Origin: an uncultured Clostridia bacterium
Lineage (GTDB): Bacteria; Bacillota; Clostridia; TANB77; CAG-508
Length of the DNA stretch: 64,000 nucleotides
NCBI GenBank assembly: GCA_944391575.1
Contig: CALXUC010000003.1
Span: 16,459-80,458, forward strand
Reading direction: 5' to 3'
In this document: piece after piece, positions 36,907 to 44,626 of the stretch
How positions within the stretch are numbered: position 1 is the stretch's first letter
How the letters are laid out: each line of letters begins with the position of its first letter
The notes under the pieces: generated by a model
Database searches by the model: none
Seen by the model: the letters and a program-made list of their open reading frames with translations, nothing else
Told to the model about the DNA's origin: nothing
Program-made: the position numbers and the translations under genes

Positions 36907-37990
36907 AATAATCCCAATGTTCTTTTATAACTTGATGACAAATTTTACCTTTATCAAATATCCTTCCCCTTATAACTTCATGGCTATTCTTCCCTAATAG
37001 TTCATAATCTAGTATTTTTATTATCCATTCTTTTGCATTTGATGAATATGCTTCAGTCGTTGACTTTGGATAAGCAGACGGAAGGTTATCAATTTTACAG
37101 CATACGATTCCATTATCTGATATATATATCGGATTATCTAAAGTGGTATTTTTATAGATACTTGGTATGTAACCGCTCCCATACCCACAGGTCACATCAA
37201 TTACTACTGTTCCTGGTTTTAGCAAATTAAATATTTCTTTTGTTATAATTGGCTCAGTATCAAATGTTGAAATAAGAATTGCACCAATTATAGCGTCCAT
37301 TTTAGGTAAAATCTCTTTCAAATTTTTTTCAGTTGATTCTATACAATGAATACCTTCATCCATGTAAACACTATTCTTTTTTAACTTATTAATATTACTA
37401 CCAAAAACATAAACGTCATTACCCAGTTTTGAAGCAAGTTTAATTGCTGCTCCACCTACATTCCCATAGCCAATTACTGCAATTTTTGATTTTACACAAC
37501 CACGAATCCCAAACAAGGATTTACCTGCTCCACCATATTGTTTTTGTTGATAAAAATTAGCATACATTACAGCCATTTTCCCAGCAATTTCTCCGCCCGG
37601 ATAAGCCATTGGGAAATATCCGTCATCAGTTTCTATAAATTCATATGTATATGCTGTTACTTTCTTTTTTTGTAATTCTTTTAATAATTCATAGTTTCCT
37701 TCAGCATGAAATATTGCAGCAATTTTGGTATTTTCATTTAAATATTTATACTCGTCTTTTGTTGGGTATTTATATTTTAAAATAAAATCACTATTTTTCC
37801 AACAATATTCTTTATCTTTAATTATTGCTCCATGTTTTTTATATTCATCATCTAAAAAGCCAAGTTCTTTACCTGCACCTTCTTCTACATACACTTCATA
37901 TTTTTTTGTTAATTCGTCAATATCATTTGGTAATAGAATAACTCTATTTTCTCCATTAATTGTTTCCTTTAATATGGCGACTTTTTTCAT
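36887..37990 (-). CDS. alanine dehydrogenase / PNT-family NAD(P) dehydrogenase (AlaDH-, opine- or CEOS-like)
   Basis: ENRVILLP, the Rossmann motif IAVIGYGNVGGAAIKLA, VVIDVTCGYGSG and IDNLPSAYPKSTT are present. The ATG at 37990 has RBS AGGGGTGA and a 4-nt overlap with the upstream stop. Confidence 0.6.
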   Translation of the reverse strand: MKKVAILKETINGENRVILLPNDIDELTKKYEVYVEEGAGKELGFLDDEYKKHGAIIKDKEYCWKNSDFILKYKYPTKDEYKYLNENTKIAAIFHAEGNYELLKELQKKKVTAYTYEFIETDDGYFPMAYPGGEIAGKMAVMYANFYQQKQYGGAGKSLFGIRGCVKSKIAVIGYGNVGGAAIKLASKLGNDVYVFGSNINKLKKNSVYMDEGIHCIESTEKNLKEILPKMDAIIGAILISTFDTEPIITKEIFNLLKPGTVVIDVTCGYGSGYIPSIYKNTTLDNPIYISDNGIVCCKIDNLPSAYPKSTTEAYSSNAKEWIIKILDYELLGKNSHEVIRGRIFDKGKICHQVIKEHWDYYEENNI

Positions 37991-38793
37991 ACTTTCACCC
38001 CTACTATACAAATATATTTTCCTCGATTACACAACTTTTCATCTTGTATATATTGCTTTTCTATATTAAAAATATAATCATAATCATCTGTTAATATTTT
38101 ACTTATTGAATATTTATTTGAAGTCAATGTCTCTTCTACACCAATTAATGAAATAACTGGATAGCCACATTTAAAAATAGATTCAATACCATACTGCTTA
38201 TGAATTCTTTCCAGCTCATCTATCTTATTAAAATGCAATTTAGGAACATATTGTGATAGTGAACCAGTATTATTATTTATTACCAATTTTACTTCACAAG
38301 TGTTTCCTTTTAATATATTTAAAGCCAAGCCATTATAAAAATTTTCACCTACAGAAATTGATATACCACCGCTCTTCAAATATGATGATACAATTTTAAT
38401 TAATTGATCAGCATTACAAAAAAATGGTAATACATATATATTTAAAACAATATCAAACTGCTCATCTAACTTTAAATCATTAATATCAGAGTTAACTATT
38501 TTAACACGTTTTTTGAATTTGCTGAGTTTTTGTTTTGCTTGATTAAGCATATTATCAGAGAAATCAACCAATACGCATCTTGTGTTGTCAAACTCTCGCA
38601 AAATTTTATAAGCCCATTCTCCGGTTCCAGCCCCCAACTCTAAAAATACTATTGGTTTTTCTTTAGGAATATGTTTTTTTATAATTTCCCACAATAAATC
38701 ATCAGCTAATTTCCAATATACTTTTTTGTTATTTTCATCATATTTTGTTGATATATTATCAAAATGCTTTAACACTATTTCTTTCTCACCCAT
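37987..38793 (-). CDS. class I SAM-dependent methyltransferase
   Basis: 268 aa with the clear motif I FLELGAGTGEWA, motif II VLVDFS and FDIVLNIYVL. Confidence 0.75.
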   Translation of the reverse strand: MGEKEIVLKHFDNISTKYDENNKKVYWKLADDLLWEIIKKHIPKEKPIVFLELGAGTGEWAYKILREFDNTRCVLVDFSDNMLNQAKQKLSKFKKRVKIVNSDINDLKLDEQFDIVLNIYVLPFFCNADQLIKIVSSYLKSGGISISVGENFYNGLALNILKGNTCEVKLVINNNTGSLSQYVPKLHFNKIDELERIHKQYGIESIFKCGYPVISLIGVEETLTSNKYSISKILTDDYDYIFNIEKQYIQDEKLCNRGKYICIVGVKV

Positions 38794-38795
38794 AA

Positions 38796-39242
38796 TTAAA
38801 TTCTCTCTCTAGATTCTAAAAAAGATAACAACTCTTTTTTTTTATCTAAACTATAATATGATTGTGGGACAATAAAGTTATGAAACTTTTGCTGTAACTC
38901 GCTTAATTTGACTTCCTTTATTGGAATTATTTTTTCTATAGGAATTGCATATCCTATATTATTATGTAAATATTCCATCATACTATTGTAGCTTTCTGGT
39001 TCTTCTTGTTCTGATATAGTAGCTATAGTCTGTGCGTCACCTATTATTGGTTGTCCAAATCTAATTTTAGCAACTATACTTTTTTTGGTTTTTGAAATAT
39101 AAATATATGCGTCACTCGGTTCTTTTAAATATCTTGTTCTGTATTCGTAATGCTTTTTTCCCTGTATCATTGCATTATAATATTCTTCTCTTAAACTCAT
39201 TAAAACACATTTAGGTTCACAGAATGATAATTGTCTCTCCAT
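38796..39242 (-). CDS. ASCH (PUA-like) domain protein
   Basis: 148 aa. MSLREEYYNAMIQGKKHYEYRTR matches the ASCH N-terminal pattern (xIKxEYxxxIlxGxKxxExR). Confidence 0.5.
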   Translation of the reverse strand: MERQLSFCEPKCVLMSLREEYYNAMIQGKKHYEYRTRYLKEPSDAYIYISKTKKSIVAKIRFGQPIIGDAQTIATISEQEEPESYNSMMEYLHNNIGYAIPIEKIIPIKEVKLSELQQKFHNFIVPQSYYSLDKKKELLSFLESRERI

Positions 39243-39244
39243 TT

Positions 39245-39847
39245 TTACTCCCTCTCTTCTATTACTTTCTTTTGATTTATTAATTTAATATTTTTTATTA
39301 CAATATCAGCTACTTCTTCTGGTAATAAGGCTTCTGTATCAATTACGATATATTTAAACCCAATATTTTGCAAAAATTTTTCCATCTTCTCATAACCATC
39401 CTTATACATTGCACAATTAGATAAATCTCTATCTTGTTTATCTCTTTCATAAATTCTTTTCATTCTAGTAGAGACACTTGCCTTTAGTAAAACAGTTAAA
39501 TCCGGTACACCACATAATTTTATCAACTCATAATGTAATGGAATTGTTTCTTTATTTCCATGCCAATAATAATTTGAAACAAAATGCCTATCATAAACTA
39601 TGTTCTTTTCTTGATTACATCTTGTTCCATATAATAAGCCCATTCCATAAAATAAAGTCATAAGAGCCTCATCATTTGTCTTGTACAAATTCCATTCTAA
39701 ATCCTTTAATCTAGATTCACTTAAATTTAATCCTTCAAATAAAAACTTAAATGGCTTATCAAGATATTTATATCCTAACTTTTGCGCTAAAATTTTTGAA
39801 ACCGTCGTCTTTCCTGAACCATCCATTCCTTCAATTGCAATTCTCAT
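39245..39847 (-). CDS. thymidylate-kinase-fold P-loop (d)NMP kinase-like protein
   Basis: 200 aa with IAIEGMDGSGKTT (the Tmk-type P-loop), a DRH motif (YDRHFVSNYYW) and a lid-like RMKRIYERDK. Confidence 0.55.
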   Translation of the reverse strand: MRIAIEGMDGSGKTTVSKILAQKLGYKYLDKPFKFLFEGLNLSESRLKDLEWNLYKTNDEALMTLFYGMGLLYGTRCNQEKNIVYDRHFVSNYYWHGNKETIPLHYELIKLCGVPDLTVLLKASVSTRMKRIYERDKQDRDLSNCAMYKDGYEKMEKFLQNIGFKYIVIDTEALLPEEVADIVIKNIKLINQKKVIEERE

Positions 39848-39872
39848 AAATATTCCTCCAATTCTAACGGCT

Positions 39873-40340
39873 TTAATACAATTTTAAATTCCATCTTAAA
39901 TTTTCATCTGTATTTTCGTTATCTTCATATACCATTTCATTAATGTTTGCATCATTAAAGACCTCTAATAATTTATCAAAGTCAGTAGCCAATTTTTTAT
40001 CTTTCAATTCTTCTTCATCAATCCAATATAACTTTCCCTCTGATGTTTCTGAAATTATTTCTCCGCTATAATCATCTGATATAAATAAAATAACTAGTTG
40101 CCTTTCTTTTTCTTTTTTACTATACCAATCTTTTACTCCACATATTCTCACATTATTTAGTTTTAGACCTGTTTCCTCATACACTTCTCTTTTTACAGAG
40201 GGAACAATGCTTTCTCCGCTCTCAATTTTACCTCCAGGAAATGCAATTCCTTGCCAACTTTTTATTCTTTCTTGAACTAGTACTTGTTTTGTTTTAGGAT
40301 TAACTATTTTACACATATTCATTAATTTAATATTTTCCAT
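39873..40340 (-). CDS. NUDIX hydrolase (MutT-like)
   Basis: Nudix box GGKIESGESIVPSVKREVYEETGL. I prefer the ATG at 40340, which has RBS GGAGTGAGG. The ORF track extends to 40361. Confidence 0.8.
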   Translation of the reverse strand: MENIKLMNMCKIVNPKTKQVLVQERIKSWQGIAFPGGKIESGESIVPSVKREVYEETGLKLNNVRICGVKDWYSKKEKERQLVILFISDDYSGEIISETSEGKLYWIDEEELKDKKLATDFDKLLEVFNDANINEMVYEDNENTDENLRWNLKLY

Positions 40341-40441
40341 TACCTCACTCCTCACATACATTTATATCAAAAAGAAATCACAATAAAGGACCTAACTTTT
40401 TAAAATAAATCAAAAAATAACAAATATGATAATTACAATAT

Positions 40442-40470
40442 ATCTTAACATGCTTAACAAATAATGTCAA
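40442..40470 (-). promoter_or_regulatory. candidate sigma-A promoter of the 10-gene operon
   Basis: Minus strand reads TTGACA - 17 nt - TAAGAT, about 100 nt upstream of the Nudix start. Confidence 0.4.
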
Positions 40471-40506
40471 TACCGCAAGACTTATTTCGTAAATGAATGT
40501 AAAAAT

Positions 40507-40535
40507 TTGACAAGTTTAAAAAAAGTGTATATAAT
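40507..40535 (+). promoter_or_regulatory. consensus sigma-A promoter with no downstream ORF
   Basis: Plus strand reads TTGACA - 17 nt - TATAAT. It is back-to-back with the operon promoter and faces the terminator at 40578-40611. Confidence 0.5.
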
Positions 40536-40541
40536 AAAAAT

Positions 40542-40612
40542 AAGTTTGATGATATTTTCACTAATTTTTTAGGGAATAAAAAATACTAGAGTGTGCGAAC
40601 TCTAGTATTTTA
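40542..40612 (+). ncRNA. candidate ~70-nt small RNA (promoter-to-terminator unit)
   Basis: Bounded by the consensus promoter and the hairpin AATACTAGAG/CTCTAGTATT plus TTTT. The only ORF inside is a 7-codon one without an RBS. Confidence 0.25.
40578..40611 (-). terminator. bidirectional terminator after the replication-relaxation gene
   Basis: Stem AATACTAGAG / CTCTAGTATT with an 8-nt loop, an A6 run before and T4 after. It lies 6 nt past the stop at 40617. Confidence 0.65.
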
Positions 40613-40616
40613 CTTA

Positions 40617-41555
40617 TTAATTTAAAATCGCTATATCTGGATTTTCTATTTTATATTTTTTAGTTTCTTTATCTAAAACGAATTTAACAAGAGTTTTTCC
40701 TAACTTTTCTGAAATTTGTTTTAAATCTGTTGTAAAGTATAATGGCATATCTTTTATTTCTACTTTATTTACTACGACAGTTTTAAATGTTTCTGCCATA
40801 TGCTTATCATCTTCGCATACAAATATTATAAGTGGTTTTTGTGGGAATCCACCATCCATTGGTACGAAGTTATCATAAAAATCTTGATATAATCTCATTT
40901 TATCTACTAATTTGTTTTGCCAATCTTCTTCTCTTCTTACAACTTCAAATAAAAAGTCTAATTCTTTTTTGTCTCTTTCTAATTTTACACAACCGCCTGT
41001 TACTTTAAATTTTTTCCCCATCATTTTCGCATTTAATGTTGGTTTTGGAGCATAATCTTTGGCTAATCCTACTTTTTCTAAATATGCTATTATAACTTGA
41101 TTTCCAGCTAATCTTTTCTTAAACATTTCTATTGGTTTTGTATTATCAGTTGGTTGCCACTTACATTCTACTTCTTTAGAATTTAATAAGTATTTTCCCA
41201 TTTTTTCCATACAGTAAATTCTAAAAATGCCTTGTCCTTCTTCTGATTCAAAAAAATATCTTGTTAACATTTTTAATTTTACCATTTGTTCTAATTTTGT
41301 ATTTACTCTATCTTGTGTATCTATATCAACATTTTCTATTTTTAGCATTTGAAAAATTTGGCGTGATGTCATAAATTCAAATTTATTAATTAATTCCAAA
41401 ATTTTAAAATGTACATCTGTAATTTGACCATTATTTATTCTAGAAATAATTTGATTTATTGATACAAATCCATCCTTTCCAGCAAATTTTTTTATTTCTC
41501 CTTCTCTCATTGCAAAAGGTGATACTTTTGCTTTAATTTCAGCATCTGTTACCAT
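40617..41555 (-). CDS. replication-relaxation (Replic_Relax) family protein, plasmid/ICE-associated
   Basis: 312 aa. HFKILELINKFEFMTSRQIFQML…KLEQMVKLKMLTRYFF…FRIYCMEKMGKYLL fits the wHTH pattern of that family. Confidence 0.5.
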   Translation of the reverse strand: MVTDAEIKAKVSPFAMREGEIKKFAGKDGFVSINQIISRINNGQITDVHFKILELINKFEFMTSRQIFQMLKIENVDIDTQDRVNTKLEQMVKLKMLTRYFFESEEGQGIFRIYCMEKMGKYLLNSKEVECKWQPTDNTKPIEMFKKRLAGNQVIIAYLEKVGLAKDYAPKPTLNAKMMGKKFKVTGGCVKLERDKKELDFLFEVVRREEDWQNKLVDKMRLYQDFYDNFVPMDGGFPQKPLIIFVCEDDKHMAETFKTVVVNKVEIKDMPLYFTTDLKQISEKLGKTLVKFVLDKETKKYKIENPDIAILN

Positions 41556-41672
41556 AAATAAATCCCTTTCCTTTCTCGAAATCTGAAATATACTTCAAAT
41601 TTCTTTAAACATTAAAATTATTTAACATTTACTTAATACAATTTATATTATAATATTAATTATTAGAAATGT

Positions 41673-42401
41673 CTAGTGTTTTTTTATTAATTCTTTCACT
41701 TCTTTTTCAGTTAAAAATCTATATTTCCCTATTTCCAGTGGTTTTACTGCTATATTTCCTATTTTAGTTCTATGCAAAGCTAATACTTTTTTTCCTATTG
41801 CCTCACACATTTTTCGTACTTCCCTATTTTTGCCTTCATGAATTATTATTTCTAATCTAGTTTCATCTTTTTCTAAATCATATTTTATTATTTTTACTTT
41901 TGCTTTTCCTGAAATATAATCTTCTATTTTTACTCCATTTTTTAATTTTTCCACTTCTTCTTGTAATACTTTTCCTCTTAAAGTTACAATATATGTTTTT
42001 TCTATTTCATATTTTGGATGAGTAATTTTATAAATAAAATCACCATCGTTTGTTAATATAATTGCACCTGATGTATACATATCTAATCTTCCTACTGGAA
42101 CTATTCTCTCTTTTATATTTTTCACTAATTCCATTACAGTTGGCCTACCAAATTGTTCTTTTACTGTTGTAACATATCCAATTGGCTTATTTAATAATAC
42201 ATATATTTTCTTACTGCTTACATTTTGTAGCTTTTTACCATTATATTCTACTACATCTTTACTTGGATCTATCTTTATCCCCAATTTATTAACAATTTTG
42301 CCATTTACTTTTACTAAATTATTTAAAATATACTCTTCACATTTTCTTCTTGAATCAATTCCACAGTCTGCCATATATTTTTGTAATCTAACTTCGTTCA
42401 T
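41673..42401 (-). CDS. rluB: rRNA pseudouridine synthase, RsuA/RluB family (S4 domain)
   Basis: RLQKYMADCGIDSRRKCEEYI (S4 domain) and VGRLDMYTSG (catalytic Asp). The ATG at 42401 has RBS GAGG. Confidence 0.85.
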   Translation of the reverse strand: MNEVRLQKYMADCGIDSRRKCEEYILNNLVKVNGKIVNKLGIKIDPSKDVVEYNGKKLQNVSSKKIYVLLNKPIGYVTTVKEQFGRPTVMELVKNIKERIVPVGRLDMYTSGAIILTNDGDFIYKITHPKYEIEKTYIVTLRGKVLQEEVEKLKNGVKIEDYISGKAKVKIIKYDLEKDETRLEIIIHEGKNREVRKMCEAIGKKVLALHRTKIGNIAVKPLEIGKYRFLTEKEVKELIKKH

Positions 42402-42425
42402 ACGATACCTCAATTTATATTTTTA

Positions 42426-42486
42426 TTTTTGATAAAAAATATTAATATATAAGTACTACTAATATTTATTTAGCTATGAATTGTAA
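42426..42486 (-). repeat. half copy of type B nested-palindrome element
   Basis: TTTTTGATAAAAAATATTAATATATAAGTACTACTAATATTTATTTAGCTATGAATTGTAAC is near-identical to 19126-19187. The core and the other arm are missing. Confidence 0.8.
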
Positions 42487-42499
42487 CATAATTTTATAT

Positions 42500-43405
42500 T
42501 TAAAATCTATCAATTAACTCTAATACATCTTTAAAATATTTTGGTAGTTCCGCTTCTAATTCCATTTTTTTATTTGTAATTGGATGATTAAATTCTAGTT
42601 TCCAAGCATGCAACATTTGCCCCTCTATATTAAATGGATTTTTACCATTCGAATATACCATATCTCCTACTACAGGATATCCAATTTCTGCCATATGTAC
42701 TCTTATTTGATGTGTTCTTCCTGTTTCTATTTTTATTTCTAATAAAGTATACCCATCATATCGTTTTAATACTTTAAAATGTGTTATTGCATTTTTACCA
42801 TTCTTCTTAACAGCCATTTTAGTTCTAACATTATCGCTTCTGCCTATTGGCATATCTATTGTTGCTTCGTTTTCTTTTACAACGCCTCTTACTAATGCTA
42901 AATATGTCTTTTTTATATTATGATTTTTTAAATCTTCGCTTAATTTTATATGTGCTTTATCATTTTTTGCAACGATAATTAATCCAGATGTATCCTTATC
43001 AAGCCTATGTACTATTCCTGGTCGTATCTCACCACCTATACCTGATAAAGAACCTTTGCACCTCTCTAAAACGGCATTTACTAAAGTTCCTTCCAAATTA
43101 CCATTCCCAGGGTGAACTACCATTCCTTTTTCCTTATTTATAACTATTATGTCGTTATCTTCATATACTACATTTAATGGTAATTTTTCAGGTTTTAGCG
43201 TAGTTTCTTTTGGTTCTTCTACTACAACTCTTATAACATCTCCTACATTCACTTTATACGAAGCTTTAACTATTTTTTCATTTACTGTTACATTGCCACT
43301 ATCTATTAATCTCTGTATCATAACTCTTGATAAATCTTTATTCTGTTCACTTAAATATTTATCTAATCTTATTCCTGAATCTTTAGAAATATATTTATAT
43401 TCCAT
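42500..43405 (-). CDS. rluD: RluA-family pseudouridine synthase (RluD-like)
   Basis: 301 aa with an S4 domain, HRLDKDTSGL and GRTHQIRVH. Confidence 0.9.
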   Translation of the reverse strand: MEYKYISKDSGIRLDKYLSEQNKDLSRVMIQRLIDSGNVTVNEKIVKASYKVNVGDVIRVVVEEPKETTLKPEKLPLNVVYEDNDIIVINKEKGMVVHPGNGNLEGTLVNAVLERCKGSLSGIGGEIRPGIVHRLDKDTSGLIIVAKNDKAHIKLSEDLKNHNIKKTYLALVRGVVKENEATIDMPIGRSDNVRTKMAVKKNGKNAITHFKVLKRYDGYTLLEIKIETGRTHQIRVHMAEIGYPVVGDMVYSNGKNPFNIEGQMLHAWKLEFNHPITNKKMELEAELPKYFKDVLELIDRF

Positions 43406-43434
43406 ATACTACACGCCTTTTATTATAATTTAGC

Positions 43435-43520
43435 TCTTAAGATATAGCTATTTTTAATCAAAAAACAAGCTCAAGCGACACAATCCGGGTCTTGATTTGC
43501 AAATAGCTATATCTCAAGAA
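43435..43520 (+). repeat. Nested-palindrome element, type A, core-only copy
   Basis: TCTTAAGATATAGCTATTTTTAATCAAAAAACAAGCTCAAGCGACACAATCCGGGTCTTGATTTGCAAATAGCTATATCTCAAGAA. Confidence 0.85.
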
Positions 43521-43542
43521 TTATTATTTCAAAATAATACAA

Positions 43543-44166
43543 TTATTCTTTAGTTAATTCTATAACTTTATGTAGAACTTGTCCGTATTTCCCAATACCT
43601 GTTTCACCTTTGTTTATTAAAAAATCGTTAAAATCTATTTTTTCTTGTTTTGTTACAATTTCATTATTTTCCTTTGTTATAATTTCTGCATCTATCATAC
43701 CTTTTTCGTTTTCCATTAATTTTAAAGCATCTGTTGCTTTTACTTTTACTAAACCTGAAACTTCGCTTTCATCAAAATTTAAATGACTAAAGTCATCATC
43801 AAACTCGTACACAAATACATTAGCAAATGCTCTATCATTAAAAACACTTCCATCAGATTTTATTTTATTCATACTAAATTTTACCACATCTACTAAATTT
43901 GCATTATCATAAAATAAATCTAATCCTATTTCCTCCTTTATTTCTCTTCCAAAAGCTTCTTTTACATCTTCGCCAGCAATTACATGGCCTGAAGCCGTTG
44001 TGTAAAGCTTATTCTCGTCTTTCCTTATTTGAAAATATACATTTCCAGCTTCATCATACAACCAACAATGAACAGTTTTATGCCACAATGCATTTTCATG
44101 AATATTTTTCCTAGTCTCCCTTCCTAAATAATTTAATTTTTCATCATAATAATCTAAATACTCCAT
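43543..44166 (-). CDS. NUDIX hydrolase
   Basis: 207 aa with Nudix box SGHVIAGEDVKEAFGREIKEEIGL. Confidence 0.75.
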   Translation of the reverse strand: MEYLDYYDEKLNYLGRETRKNIHENALWHKTVHCWLYDEAGNVYFQIRKDENKLYTTASGHVIAGEDVKEAFGREIKEEIGLDLFYDNANLVDVVKFSMNKIKSDGSVFNDRAFANVFVYEFDDDFSHLNFDESEVSGLVKVKATDALKLMENEKGMIDAEIITKENNEIVTKQEKIDFNDFLINKGETGIGKYGQVLHKVIELTKE

Positions 44167-44170
44167 TTCA

Positions 44171-44614
44171 CTATTCCTTTCTTATATCTTTTAATACTCC
44201 AATTATTAATAAAATCCAGCCAGCTACTAATACTATATCTGCCAAATTAAAAACTGGGAAATTAACAATTTGTGTAAAATCTATATAATCTATTACATAG
44301 CCTCTAAAAATTCTATCAATTAAATTACTTATTCCACCTGCTATTAAGAAAAGCAAGCCTATATATACTAAGTTATTCATATATTTTCTTCTGATTATTA
44401 TAAATCTAATCATTAGTGCTATTAATATTAAGTTTAATATTGTTATCATAATTATATTTGTATTAAAAATTCCAAATGCTCCACCAGTATTTTGAACATT
44501 TGAAAATTTTAATACTCCTTCTATCAACATTAAATCTTTTGCACATAAAACTTTTAGTATTTGATCTATTATTATAAATAATATTATACCAATTATTGGG
44601 ATGTACTTTTTCAT
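44171..44614 (-). CDS. lspA: lipoprotein signal peptidase II
   Basis: 147 aa with NTGGAFG, VIDYIDF and FNLAD. Confidence 0.9.
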   Translation of the reverse strand: MKKYIPIIGIILFIIIDQILKVLCAKDLMLIEGVLKFSNVQNTGGAFGIFNTNIIMITILNLILIALMIRFIIIRRKYMNNLVYIGLLFLIAGGISNLIDRIFRGYVIDYIDFTQIVNFPVFNLADIVLVAGWILLIIGVLKDIRKE

Positions 44615-44626
44615 ATCTCTCCTTAA

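Noticed and set aside
32937-41555. Prophage or classical integrative element interpretation of the island.
   Set aside because: No integrase, recombinase, phage structural genes, tRNA target or flanking direct repeats are visible. Only the Replic_Relax-like gene hints at mobile ancestry.
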